Below, piece after piece: positions 18,699 to 28,388 of a stretch of DNA of 33,804 bases (position 1 is its first letter; the number at the start of each line of letters is the position of its first letter). The position numbers were made by a program, and so were the translations under genes. A model generated the notes under the pieces. The model was given only the letters and a program-made list of their open reading frames with translations, was not told where the DNA came from and made no database searches. Origin of the DNA: a virus (lineage: Duplodnaviria; Caudoviricetes); IMG/VR virus record IMGVR_UViG_3300032218_003082, positions 1-33,804 of that record; one strand, 5' to 3'.

Positions 18699-19619
18699 TT
18701 ACTCCTTCACATATTTGGCGTATTCCTCGAGAGGAACGCCAAGTTTCTTAGCAATCGCGACCTGACTCGGCGAGAGTCGAACGGCGCGGCGTGCAGAGCT
18801 ATTGACCCCGGAGGATCGGGTGGCAGGCGCAACTGCTTGCACGGGACGTTGCGCTCTGGGTTGTTGCTGCGGCGGTTGTTGCTGCGGCTCCGAATTAAAC
18901 TCCTTCGGAAACACAGCATGGACCCGCCTGTCAAGCTCATCATAATACTCATCGGACGACGCGTCAAACTTTTCTGTATCCACAAGTTGCTTGTGGATTT
19001 CCCACGCCGTCTTGGTCATCGTGACGTTTGTTCCGAACCACGGATTGGCCAGCGCCCAGTCCTCGGCTCGGGGGTCTGGCGGGGTCTGTGGTCGCTGCGG
19101 TGCAACATAAGCCTGAACCGGCGGCGGCGGGGTTTGCGCCCGCTGGGTCTGCTCGGCAACGTGCCTATGCTCCATCTGCAGGCTGGTCAGCCGCTCCAGT
19201 GCCTCGGTCTCGGTGTCGATGTCCCCTTCCTCGCGTGCCTTCTTGATGATCTGCTTCAAGGTCAGCGACTGGGTTTCGATCCGACCCTTGGCCTCGCTCA
19301 ACCGGCCGTTGTCAGTGTAGTGCAGCCGCTGGGAGAGCTCCTCGGCCTGCCGTTGCACGCCTTGGGCGTACTCCAGCGCGGCCTGTTCCCGGCGTTCGGT
19401 CTCGCGCAGGCGCGCAGTCAGCCGATCGATCCGCTTTTGGACCTTCTCGCTGTACTGCTCGAGCTCGTTCTCGGGCTTTTCCGGCTCTGCCTTGGGCTTT
19501 TCAGCGGCAGCAACCGGTTCCGGCGCAGCAGCCGCTTCCGACTCTAGGTTAACGGTCACAGACTTGGGGTTTTCGCCCAAGTCCAACTCAACTTCTGGGT
19601 TGTCTGTCTCAATAGTCAT
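18699..19619 (-). CDS. Scaffolding protein-like (306 aa)
   Basis: Acidic N-terminus, coiled coil (YSEKVQKRIDRLT), W...NPWFG, and C-terminal LSPSQVAIAKKLGVPLEEYAKY; lies between portal and capsid genes. Confidence 0.7.
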   Translation of the reverse strand: MTIETDNPEVELDLGENPKSVTVNLESEAAAAPEPVAAAEKPKAEPEKPENELEQYSEKVQKRIDRLTARLRETERREQAALEYAQGVQRQAEELSQRLHYTDNGRLSEAKGRIETQSLTLKQIIKKAREEGDIDTETEALERLTSLQMEHRHVAEQTQRAQTPPPPVQAYVAPQRPQTPPDPRAEDWALANPWFGTNVTMTKTAWEIHKQLVDTEKFDASSDEYYDELDRRVHAVFPKEFNSEPQQQPPQQQPRAQRPVQAVAPATRSSGVNSSARRAVRLSPSQVAIAKKLGVPLEEYAKYVKE

Positions 19620-19626
19620 TGTGGGC

Positions 19627-20115
19627 TCACATATGCAAGATGTCTTCGGGGTCCTGCACGAGGCCGAGAATCTCGTCGTCGTTCAGGATGCGGATTTCGC
19701 CACCGTCAATATTCATACGGGAGCCGCCGTACCGGGCAAAAATCACCCAGTCGCCTTCCTTGCACCATGGACCGTTGGGGAACTTGACCTCGTCTTTGTA
19801 GGCCAAATCGCCCATCTTCAGCACGTAACCACAGGTCGTGGTCAGCTGATTCAACTGCCGAGTCTGGTCAGCCAAGGCAATACCGCCCTTGCTCTTGTCC
19901 GGGCCCCGGTAGGGTAGAACGGTGATACGCCAGCCCGTGGGGCGCGGAATGCGATCCAGCACCTTCTCGGGCATGCTCGAGGGGTCAAGAGCGTTATCGC
20001 CCTTGTAGAGGTCCTGCAGCTCCGGCTCGCGGTTCTGTTTGGCCTCTTCCTCTTCCTTCCACTTCTGCTCCAAGGCAGTCAATGGCCGTTCCTGCACTGC
20101 TTCTGCATCACTCAT
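19627..20115 (-). CDS. groES: Phage co-chaperonin GroES (Cpn10)-like protein with N-terminal extension (162 aa)
   Basis: PTGWRITV...KSKGGIALAD mobile loop, G.VLKMG, KEGDWVIFARYGG, IRILNDDEILG. Confidence 0.85.
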   Translation of the reverse strand: MSDAEAVQERPLTALEQKWKEEEEAKQNREPELQDLYKGDNALDPSSMPEKVLDRIPRPTGWRITVLPYRGPDKSKGGIALADQTRQLNQLTTTCGYVLKMGDLAYKDEVKFPNGPWCKEGDWVIFARYGGSRMNIDGGEIRILNDDEILGLVQDPEDILHM

Positions 20116-20124
20116 GGGACTCCT

Positions 20125-20316
20125 TTATTGAGGTTGGTTACTGCCTTTGTTGAGACGATCCACAATGGCTCGCTCGACAAACTCTAGACCCTCAAGTCGT
20201 CCCATCATGTGTTTGTACTGCTCCATCGACTTCATGGAACCGTTCAACACAATGTGACTCGCGTCGGCTTTCAGCTGACGAATATCGTGCAGCACTGCTT
20301 CTGCAAACTCAAGCAT
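20125..20316 (-). CDS. Small helical conserved protein (63 aa)
   Basis: ATG at 20316 with a GGAG RBS; G....MEQYKHMMGRLEGL pattern. Confidence 0.7.
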   Translation of the reverse strand: MLEFAEAVLHDIRQLKADASHIVLNGSMKSMEQYKHMMGRLEGLEFVERAIVDRLNKGSNQPQ

Positions 20317-20329
20317 GGTTACTCCATGT

Positions 20330-20360
20330 AAAAGCAAGCGGGCATGGGCCCCCGCCTGTT
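20330..20360 (-). terminator. Possible intrinsic terminator
   Basis: Minus strand CAGGCGGG-GGCCCATG-CCCGCTTG followed by CTTTT. Confidence 0.45.
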
Positions 20361-20377
20361 GGCCTTAAATCTGTTTG

Positions 20378-21067
20378 TTAGTACACGCCCACCGGCAGTT
20401 TGCCGTCGCGCTTGTAGGTGACGCTGCCACCCTTTTTGCGGATCGCGGCGATTTGCTTGCGCGTGGTGATCGACGTACCGGTCTTGTCCGGCGGTGAGCT
20501 CTTGAAACCGCGACGGCCCTCGGCAGCAGCAGCCTGCTTTTGCATCGCCGCTTCACCACCTTGCATTTTTCTGGCCAATCCGCCCTTGCGGAAACTTCCT
20601 GTAGGCTGGCCCTTTAATGGCACGGCAATCTCTGATAGTTCTCGGGGCGTTCTTTGCATCATGGGTGTCTGCTCTCGCATGCTTCTTTCCATGCGGCGCA
20701 CTTCTTCAAACTTGGGATTCATCGTTTCCTTAAAACTCTTTTTAGGCAGAGTTTCAGGCAGACTGCGACGCTTATTTTCTGGGCGATCCATATCTGCCCG
20801 CTTCAGCCTTTCTAAGGCAGCGTCGTAACCACCACCTCTTGCCGGAGGGTAACCTTCCATCGGCCCTTGCTGTGGCGTTTCCCGTTGCTGTGGCGTTTCC
20901 CGTTCCCCTTGAGCAGGAGAGCCCTCATTCCGACGTACCGGGCGCTTGCTCTTGCCCGCAGTCTTCAGTGCAATCGCAACGGCCTGCTTTTGCGGACGGC
21001 CCGTGTTCATCAGCTCCTTGATGTTGGTGCTGACGACCTTCTTGCTACTTCCCTTTTTGAGAGGCAT
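20378..21067 (-). CDS. Basic low-complexity virion protein (229 aa)
   Basis: The true start is probably MPLKKGSS at 21067 (AAGGA RBS); the track extension lies inside the portal gene. N-terminal SxNIxELxxxGRPQKQAVAIAL module. Confidence 0.7.
   Translation of the reverse strand: MPLKKGSSKKVVSTNIKELMNTGRPQKQAVAIALKTAGKSKRPVRRNEGSPAQGERETPQQRETPQQGPMEGYPPARGGGYDAALERLKRADMDRPENKRRSLPETLPKKSFKETMNPKFEEVRRMERSMREQTPMMQRTPRELSEIAVPLKGQPTGSFRKGGLARKMQGGEAAMQKQAAAAEGRRGFKSSPPDKTGTSITTRKQIAAIRKKGGSVTYKRDGKLPVGVY
20867..20902. repeat. Perfect 18-bp tandem duplication (RETPQQ x2)
   Basis: ttgctgtggcgtttcccg occurs twice in tandem. Confidence 0.9.
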
Positions 21068-23378
21068 TTGTATTTCCTTTAAAAGCGGGCATCGCCCGAA
21101 GCATTGCAATTCGCTCGGTGGAGGCAATCTTCTGCTGTTCCAACGCGCCGTCCTGTTGCAGTTCCTTCTCGTCCAGCATGAGCTTGGCCTGATCCGTCTT
21201 GGCCCGCGACTCAACTTCCATCTTCTTGACTTCCACCAACGGGTCGGTCTGGTTCGCTTCGCCCGACAGTTGCTGCTGCAGTTCACGCAGCTTCTGCATG
21301 TGATCGGCAACCTTGGTTGCGATCATCGCTTCACGCTGCATGGCAGAGACTATCTGATCCGGATCAACGCCATACAGACGGAAGAGTTCGGCCTCGACCT
21401 GCTCCTCGGCCTTCAAACGGATGTGCTCAAGCACGTGTTTTTGCAAGGACATCGCTGCCATCGGGCTGCCCTGCAACAGCGGCGACATGCCCTGCACAAG
21501 GTGCGCAACGATGTGCGCATCGTGCAACTGGCCAGCAAACGCCTTCAGGTCCATGCCGTCCAACACGTCCGCGTTCTCGGTTGCCGGGTCCTTGGGCATG
21601 CCCACACGCTGCGGACGCAGGATGCTGTCGATATCTCGGATGTTCATCGCCGAGTACATGCGATAGAACGCCTGATACATGTTATGCATCTGCGGCGCGG
21701 ACTGCGCCAACTGCAATTGCGTCTGTGCCAGCGTTACGCGCTGCGCGGTCGAAAAGATGTTGGGATCGGCAACGGGCAGCACCGCCACCATGTTGTCGAA
21801 GTCCTTCTTCTTGATTGTCCGCGAGGCACCCGGCACGTCATAGGGATACTCATCCGGCAGGTACGCTGCAAAGCCCTCGGCCAGCAGCTTGAATTCGATC
21901 TTTTGGGCATAGTGCAGCCGACGATGAATCGCCGACATGACCATCGAGCCCCGTTCGAGCAATGCAATCGTGGTTCCCACTGCCGCATATTGGTTGCCAT
22001 CGCCCACCTGCATGTCTGCCGTGTTGGCCAAGCGCTGACCCGCTTCCACCGAGAAGCCCAGCAGCTGGAACAGCGTCTGCGACGGCTCCTTGTACGGCAG
22101 CGGCAGCATCTGGGTGGTCAACTCCGCGCCACCCGCATCCATGTCGCGCCATTCGCCCGGCTGCAGCGGCACATCGTCGTTCATGATCCGCGCGCCTTTG
22201 GCCTTGAAGCCTGCAGGCAGGTTGGCGAGCGTTCCAGCGTCCAACAGCTGGCGCAAAGCACCCGTCGCGGCCCGTGACAGGCCACCAATCAGGTGCACAA
22301 GGCCCAAGCCATACGAACCGAGGCCCTCGATGAACACGTAATGCACAAAATACTGCTTGCGTTGCTTTTTTGAGTCGTTTTCACGCCAGTTTCGACGTAT
22401 GGCAATCACTTTCTGTTGCGATTCTTCGATTGTGACGACATATGGCAGCTTGATGCCGGTTGGTTCGTCGTCTTCATCCTTGTCTTCAAAGCCCGGGAGG
22501 TCCAAATCGACCTGAAACTCGAGGAAAAACAGCTCTTCGGTCTCAGTTGAGGGCAAAATTCCCGAAATTTTGTCGATTCGCTCGCCAATTTGGTCCGGAA
22601 TGGCCGGTTGCGGGCTCGGTTGCAGGTTCAAATCGAGGTATTCACCGCAGTAGACGCGCTTTCGGTAGTCGTTATCGCTCATCGCGATGCGGTGCGTGAT
22701 CCGAGGGCACTCCGACATGACGCTGGAGCCCGCATAGGGGATGTACAGGTCGTCAGGCAGCACCAATTTGCTGACCATCCGCTCCTTTTGGTAGTCGTAG
22801 TAGACCTTTTTGAAGGTCGAACCGCCGTATCCGGTGTAGAACATCGCCTGATCAAACTCCGGCGTGTACTCCTCCATCACCGTGGTGATCTGATAGTTCA
22901 TGAAGTCAGAGACGCGCTGCGACTGCTGCAGCTTCTCGACAGTCTCCTTCCCCAATACCTGACCGCGAACCGGGCCGCCAGAGGGCATCAGCTCCTTGGT
23001 GGCCTGCGCTTGGAACTGGACCACGGCCTCAGACAGCATGGGATGCGCCACACCCGATGCGCCCTTGAACGGCTTGGTGCGCTCTTCGTACTTGAAGCCC
23101 AACAGTTCGAGGCCCTTGGAGTACTGCTGCTCCCACTCGCCGCGCGAAGTCTTGTCGGCATCAAACAGGACCATCAACTCAGAGCTGATGTGGCCCAGTT
23201 CCGCATCGTCCACCACCTCGGCAAGGTTGGCATCGAACGAGACTTCCTCGTCGTCGCCAATCTCAACGGTCGCGCCACCGTCCTCATCGAGAATGATCTC
23301 GATGTCCGGCGATTCGTCATCCATCATCTCCAGCGCATCACCTGCGCTGATTTCGTTCAATGCCTTGTCGATTGACAT
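21045..23378 (-). CDS. Portal protein (777 aa)
   Basis: FDANLAE...SRGEW...HPMLSEAVVQFQA...GSTFKKVYYD...LRQLLDAGTLANLPAGFK...LPYKEPS...VADPN; P22-like size with a C-terminal coiled coil. Confidence 0.9.
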   Translation of the reverse strand: MSIDKALNEISAGDALEMMDDESPDIEIILDEDGGATVEIGDDEEVSFDANLAEVVDDAELGHISSELMVLFDADKTSRGEWEQQYSKGLELLGFKYEERTKPFKGASGVAHPMLSEAVVQFQAQATKELMPSGGPVRGQVLGKETVEKLQQSQRVSDFMNYQITTVMEEYTPEFDQAMFYTGYGGSTFKKVYYDYQKERMVSKLVLPDDLYIPYAGSSVMSECPRITHRIAMSDNDYRKRVYCGEYLDLNLQPSPQPAIPDQIGERIDKISGILPSTETEELFFLEFQVDLDLPGFEDKDEDDEPTGIKLPYVVTIEESQQKVIAIRRNWRENDSKKQRKQYFVHYVFIEGLGSYGLGLVHLIGGLSRAATGALRQLLDAGTLANLPAGFKAKGARIMNDDVPLQPGEWRDMDAGGAELTTQMLPLPYKEPSQTLFQLLGFSVEAGQRLANTADMQVGDGNQYAAVGTTIALLERGSMVMSAIHRRLHYAQKIEFKLLAEGFAAYLPDEYPYDVPGASRTIKKKDFDNMVAVLPVADPNIFSTAQRVTLAQTQLQLAQSAPQMHNMYQAFYRMYSAMNIRDIDSILRPQRVGMPKDPATENADVLDGMDLKAFAGQLHDAHIVAHLVQGMSPLLQGSPMAAMSLQKHVLEHIRLKAEEQVEAELFRLYGVDPDQIVSAMQREAMIATKVADHMQKLRELQQQLSGEANQTDPLVEVKKMEVESRAKTDQAKLMLDEKELQQDGALEQQKIASTERIAMLRAMPAFKGNTNASQKGK

Positions 23379-23386
23379 GGTCGTCC

Positions 23387-26300
23387 TTACAAGTAGGTGC
23401 GGTTGTCGTCCATCTTACGCTCAACCAGCCCACCCTTTTTAAATGGAATGCCCGTCTGGCGCAGCTTATCTGCCGTTTCATCGCCCCAGCGAATTGCAGG
23501 AGACTGATAGGTCTTGCCCGTCAATCCGTTTTTGTGTTCCACCATCAACAGCTCAAAGCCCGCCTTCTCCCCACCAAGGTCCTTGATAACCTGCCTCATG
23601 TTGTTGGCTATGTTGCGATACAACTGCGCCTCTTTCGATTCTACCGAGGGGAAGCTAACCATGCTCAAGCCACGCTCAATTGCACCGTTGATGGCGTTCT
23701 TGATCAGCAACTGTTGCACTTCCTGCGGCTTGTGCTCCATGCCAGCAAAGGCTTCATGGATACGATATGTCGGCGGGGTTTTTTCAATTAGGTATTCGCT
23801 CGCCAGTAAGCGGCGCTTTGCCGGGACCTGTGCCTTAATCTCATTGAGCATCTTTTGCCCAACACCTTGCAACTCATCCGGAAGACCACCGAGCAAGTCT
23901 AGTGCCCTGTCCATGGATGAATCGCCTGCTTCTCTCTTATAGTTCCCCGTCAATTCCATCATCATGTGCGTGCGCGTGTTATCCAGATAGTCCCGTTGAT
24001 TAGAACCTTTTGGAAACGGCGTCAGAAGCTGTTCAATCACCGCATCATGTTTGTTGGTTATTTCCCGATCCTTTTCTACGCTCGAACCGCGTTTACCCAG
24101 CGTGCGCAAATCATCCAGCCGATCCGGCTGCAACTCCAACACATGCAGCGCCTGCGTCTGACCCTGTCCGGGAATCACTGCAGGAATCTCCACGAACCGA
24201 GAGAAGCCAATCGGGTTTTCCGATGCAATCGTAGAATGCTGGCCCGTATACAGTTTGTACTTATCCCGAACTGCATCAAGTGGTGCAAGAGTTTGTCTAG
24301 TCTGCTTGAAAAGGTTAGCGGCTACGGCGTCCTTCTCCACCGCTTTGCTCACTTTGATCCGTAATTCCTCAAGTACTAAATCCGGAAGCCTGAGGCCGGG
24401 TCCCAGTGAAAAAGGATCCTCCGGTTTAATATTTGTACCCAGTTTTTTGTTGAGAGCCTGCAATGCCTCTTTGGCAATCTGATTCGTTGCCTGTTCCATA
24501 CCGGCCAGCTTCCACGTATCTGCTTCTTTCATCTGAGCTTTAATTTGCTCGTATTTTGGACTTAAAATAGGATATTCAACTTCTTGCATCAATTGTTTTA
24601 ATTCGGCGGAAGGCGTTTGCCGGTACTGCTGGACCAAGCCCCGCAAGTCTTTCAAAATCTTTTCCCCTTGCGGTAACGCTTCGGCATAGGGGGTAGAAAG
24701 AAACTTCTCAAAGTTTTGTAATTGTTCTTCTGGCAACTCATCGGTTCGCAAAAGTGAGAAGGGATGGGGGAGGTCCTTCAACATTTTTTTGGATTCCGAT
24801 ACATAGGCAGGCGCACGTTCAAGCAGATTGATTGCGCCTATTGCCTCGCCCGGGAACGGATTGTCGTGGGCCGCGTAAAACTGCCCAATCTTTGGTTCCT
24901 TGATCTCCGTCTTCCAACCGCGCGGTGAATACAGGTCCGCGAGCCGCGATCCAATGTCCTGTGACGTCAGCTTCGTGCCCGGCGCAACATCAGCCAACGC
25001 TTCCTGCGCCCGCGTAATCTCGTGATCACGAAACTTGCCCTTCAAACTTTTCAGGAACTGCTCTGGCGTAGTTTTGCCCTGCATCTGATCAACATGCATC
25101 TCCAGCTTGCTCACGAACGGGCGGTCGGCTTTTTCATGCAGCGACAGTTCATCCCACTTGGGCACGGCCGGAGTGGCGGGCGTTACAGGGGGCGTCACTT
25201 CGGGCATGGCCTGCAGCATCTGACGAGATGCCGTCGGAGCAGCTGCTACTGGAGCAGGGGTGGCCTCGGGGACCGGCAGCGGCAACTCCTGTTGTACAGG
25301 AGGTTGGGCCGTGGGCCGTGGTTCTGGAACCGGTGCGGCACGCGTAACCGCCGCTTCCTGTGCAGGCATCTCCCGCAGTGCCTTGGCCGCTTCTCCCGCT
25401 TTACCGATCATGCGACGCGCGCCGAGGACAACACCGGTGGGCGAAGCAAAGGAAGACAGCATTGAGCCCGCCTCGTAGGCGGCCTTCAGATTGGGTTGCG
25501 TGGGTGCCGGTTCGCGCAGCCCGGCGTTTTCCATCTGGCGCTTTAGGTACTCCGTGCTACCCACTTGCTCTTGGTTGATCCCGGGCAGCAGTTTGCTCAC
25601 GCCCGGCACGTTGCGACCGATAAACGTTGCAATATCCACCGGAGCCCCGACAATGGTATAGGGCAAATCAGCTACGCCCCTGCCAAATGCTTTGGTCTGC
25701 TCCTTGAACGACTCCCACGTGCTGCGCGCCGGGGTCTCGCCCTGCTCGGGGCTGCCCTCGGCGCGAAATACCGCACTCTGCCCCGGCATTGTTCCACGTG
25801 GAACATTTCCGGCCATGTTGGCCACCGTCTGGTTGGCGGAGTTGGCAAACGGAGACTGCACCTCAAATCCGGCCGGAGTGATGGGCTCAACAATGCCACC
25901 CAAGGCCAAACGAACAGGACCACCTCCTTTCGGTTGCAGTGCAGCAAAAGGGTTTGCGGCTTTCAGGTCCAGCGATGCGACCACCGGTGTCGGGGCAGGC
26001 TCGGCAGTCATCTCATCCAGCATGCTGCGCGCCCGTACCAGCGGCTCGCCCGACTTGGTGGTGTACTCCTCATCATCGTCCTCATCGCCCAGCGCGGCCA
26101 GTGCCAGCGCCGCCTGATAGTCCGGGCCATACTGGCTGGCGGAGGACAGCAAATCCTGTGGACTGGCGGCCTTGGGCGTGGCCCCGGCGCGCGTTGCAGC
26201 GGCCTTCTGCCCCTGCGCTTGCAGGTTGGGGTTCATGCGCGCGGGCGTGGGTGCGGGTGCAGCCGCCGTTGCTGCGACAGGGGCCGCTGCCGGAGTGGCG

Positions 26301-26872
26301 CGGGCCAGCAACGCCGATGGCAGGTCCTCGCTGGCTTTGCCCACCTTGGCCTGTTGCCGTGCGATGAATTGACCCACCGTCTCCTTGCGCATCTCCGGGT
26401 TGTCCCGCAGCTGCTTTTCCGCGCGCTTCTTGGACAGGTAGCTGTGCAGCAACTTCGGCATCGGCATGTTTGGCGTCTTTTCCACGGCCGCCAGTGCATT
26501 TTGCGCGCCGCGCGGACCCAAGAAATGACCGATGTAGTGCTCATAGTCCGATATCTCACGGCCCATGCGCTTGGACAAATCCTTGTCCACGTTGGCCATG
26601 AACCGAATGCCCGCATCCGCGTTGGCATTTGCATCAAACACCGTGCGCTCGTCCAATCCCATGGACTTGGCCGTCTCCGGCACAAACTGGAACAGCCCCG
26701 CCGCACCACCAAGGGGGTTTTTTGCTGCCGGATCAAAATTGCTTTCAAGGCGCACGAACCGCGCTGCGCGGTCCGGGTCAACACCCATCTGCGCCGCCTT
26801 GTCTCGCACCAACTGCTCATACTCAGCGCGCTGTTGCGTGGTCAAGGATTTCGGGGCAGCGGGTTCGGCCAT
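23387..26872 (-). CDS. Large multidomain virion protein with an N-terminal lytic transglycosylase (SLT) domain (1161 aa)
   Basis: LESNFDPAAKN..GAAGLFQF...TA...G...NADAG..F SLT motifs; Pro/Ala linkers; C-terminal domain of uncertain function; TGATG coupling to terL. Confidence 0.75.
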   Translation of the reverse strand: MAEPAAPKSLTTQQRAEYEQLVRDKAAQMGVDPDRAARFVRLESNFDPAAKNPLGGAAGLFQFVPETAKSMGLDERTVFDANANADAGIRFMANVDKDLSKRMGREISDYEHYIGHFLGPRGAQNALAAVEKTPNMPMPKLLHSYLSKKRAEKQLRDNPEMRKETVGQFIARQQAKVGKASEDLPSALLARATPAAAPVAATAAAPAPTPARMNPNLQAQGQKAAATRAGATPKAASPQDLLSSASQYGPDYQAALALAALGDEDDDEEYTTKSGEPLVRARSMLDEMTAEPAPTPVVASLDLKAANPFAALQPKGGGPVRLALGGIVEPITPAGFEVQSPFANSANQTVANMAGNVPRGTMPGQSAVFRAEGSPEQGETPARSTWESFKEQTKAFGRGVADLPYTIVGAPVDIATFIGRNVPGVSKLLPGINQEQVGSTEYLKRQMENAGLREPAPTQPNLKAAYEAGSMLSSFASPTGVVLGARRMIGKAGEAAKALREMPAQEAAVTRAAPVPEPRPTAQPPVQQELPLPVPEATPAPVAAAPTASRQMLQAMPEVTPPVTPATPAVPKWDELSLHEKADRPFVSKLEMHVDQMQGKTTPEQFLKSLKGKFRDHEITRAQEALADVAPGTKLTSQDIGSRLADLYSPRGWKTEIKEPKIGQFYAAHDNPFPGEAIGAINLLERAPAYVSESKKMLKDLPHPFSLLRTDELPEEQLQNFEKFLSTPYAEALPQGEKILKDLRGLVQQYRQTPSAELKQLMQEVEYPILSPKYEQIKAQMKEADTWKLAGMEQATNQIAKEALQALNKKLGTNIKPEDPFSLGPGLRLPDLVLEELRIKVSKAVEKDAVAANLFKQTRQTLAPLDAVRDKYKLYTGQHSTIASENPIGFSRFVEIPAVIPGQGQTQALHVLELQPDRLDDLRTLGKRGSSVEKDREITNKHDAVIEQLLTPFPKGSNQRDYLDNTRTHMMMELTGNYKREAGDSSMDRALDLLGGLPDELQGVGQKMLNEIKAQVPAKRRLLASEYLIEKTPPTYRIHEAFAGMEHKPQEVQQLLIKNAINGAIERGLSMVSFPSVESKEAQLYRNIANNMRQVIKDLGGEKAGFELLMVEHKNGLTGKTYQSPAIRWGDETADKLRQTGIPFKKGGLVERKMDDNRTYL

Positions 26873-28350
26873 CAGTAGTACTCCATCACCTTTTCCTCGA
26901 CCGGATCGTCGTCGAAGAAGTCATCGCGCAGAGATATGAAGTTGCCCTGCCGGAAACGATGCCAAGCCATGACAGCACTGTCCACTTGGTCATCCTTGCT
27001 GCCATTCGGAAATGCAGCCAATTCCTCCACCAGTTCCTCGGCCCATTCCTCACCTTCAGGATACCAGATCATACCCGATTCCAGCAAGGGCGCAACAGCA
27101 TTCGCGCGACTCACCTTGTCCTGCCCGGAGCGCCGACCACCCGGGGAGTACAGCGTCACAGGAACACCCATGCGCCGCAACTCCTGCTGCAACGACATGC
27201 CACTTGCCTTGGCCTCAATCAACACATTGTCAGGATTCCAATACTGGTACTCGTTGCGCGCAACGCGCTTCAACTCCGGAAAGTCCCACTGACCGCGCTG
27301 CACGCCCAACAGCAACAAACTCGGACCGGAGTCCGCGTCCGGCGTGAACACCCCCCACGTCGAGATGACAGAGTAGTCCGCCGTCTCCTTCTTCGAGTAC
27401 GCCGTGTCCAGACTCTGGATGATGTACTCGCACTGCGGGACATACCCCTGCGTCCACTTCCTCCACCAGTGCCGCTTCAGGATCGCACCCTCATCATTGG
27501 TCGGCTGCTGCTGCCACTGCGCCTGCCACTTCTTCATGCCAATCGAGACCTTGACCTTCTCCAACTCGTCAAGGCTCCAGTACCCGGGCCACAACGGATT
27601 GCCAGAGGGCAGGATCGCCGGGAATTCAATCACCTCCCACTGGTCAGACTTCAAGTACCCTTGCTGGTGGATCAGGCGGCCAGACAAGTCATCGGTCTTC
27701 CACCGCGTGTTGATCACGATGATCGCGCCGTTTGGCTGCAAGCGCTGGCGCGGACCCGAGGTGTACCACTCCCACGTGTTCTCCATCGCCGTCTCCGACA
27801 GCGCGTCCTGCTCGTCCAAGATGTCGTCCAAAATGACAATGTCACCACCACGACCGGTCATCGCGCCACCCTTACCGATGAAAAAGGCTTCCCCTCCGTG
27901 GGCCGTGGCCCACCGTCCGGCAGCCTTGCTGTCCGCTGCAAGCTTCATGTCAGGGAACAGCTCCTTGTACGAATCGTGATCGACAAGGTTTCGGATCATC
28001 CGGCCAAACCGCTGCGCCAACTCCGCTGTGTGCGAGCCAACAATGAGTTTTGCATCGGGGCGACGGCCCATCAGATACGCCGGGAACAGATAACTGCCCA
28101 TCTGACTTTTTCCGTGGCGCGGGGGCATCGCGATCATCAGGCGCTTGCACTTGCCAGCAACCACCCGATCAAAGGCCTCGGCGATGATCCTGTGGTGATC
28201 CCCGACAAGCATTTCTGGCCAGACGTACTGGCAGAAGGGAAGGAAGTTCGAGGTGCACGCCTCGCGGGCTTCCAACTGCTTGAGACGGAGCTCGAGTCGG
28301 AGCTGCTCGGCCTCGACGTCTGTAGGTACAGAAAGCTTCGTAGGTTTCAT
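26872..28350 (-). CDS. terL: Terminase large subunit
   Basis: Walker A MPPRHGKS, Walker B IVILDD, coupling motif NTRW, nuclease motifs SLDTA, LIE and DDQVD. Start is ATG 28350 or TTG 28359. Confidence 0.95.
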   Translation of the reverse strand: MKPTKLSVPTDVEAEQLRLELRLKQLEAREACTSNFLPFCQYVWPEMLVGDHHRIIAEAFDRVVAGKCKRLMIAMPPRHGKSQMGSYLFPAYLMGRRPDAKLIVGSHTAELAQRFGRMIRNLVDHDSYKELFPDMKLAADSKAAGRWATAHGGEAFFIGKGGAMTGRGGDIVILDDILDEQDALSETAMENTWEWYTSGPRQRLQPNGAIIVINTRWKTDDLSGRLIHQQGYLKSDQWEVIEFPAILPSGNPLWPGYWSLDELEKVKVSIGMKKWQAQWQQQPTNDEGAILKRHWWRKWTQGYVPQCEYIIQSLDTAYSKKETADYSVISTWGVFTPDADSGPSLLLLGVQRGQWDFPELKRVARNEYQYWNPDNVLIEAKASGMSLQQELRRMGVPVTLYSPGGRRSGQDKVSRANAVAPLLESGMIWYPEGEEWAEELVEELAAFPNGSKDDQVDSAVMAWHRFRQGNFISLRDDFFDDDPVEEKVMEYY

Positions 28351-28358
28351 AAGTTGCA

Positions 28359-28388
28359 AATATACCCCCGGGGTGCACCTTTTTACAA
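28359..28388 (-). promoter_or_regulatory. Possible sigma70 promoter for terL
   Basis: TTGTAA-18 nt-TATATT, ending 8 nt before ATG 28350. Confidence 0.35.

Noticed and set aside
21068-21310. N-terminal extension of the 310-aa track ORF
   Set aside because: It overlaps the portal gene in another frame; the RBS and a recognisable N-terminus point to 21067.
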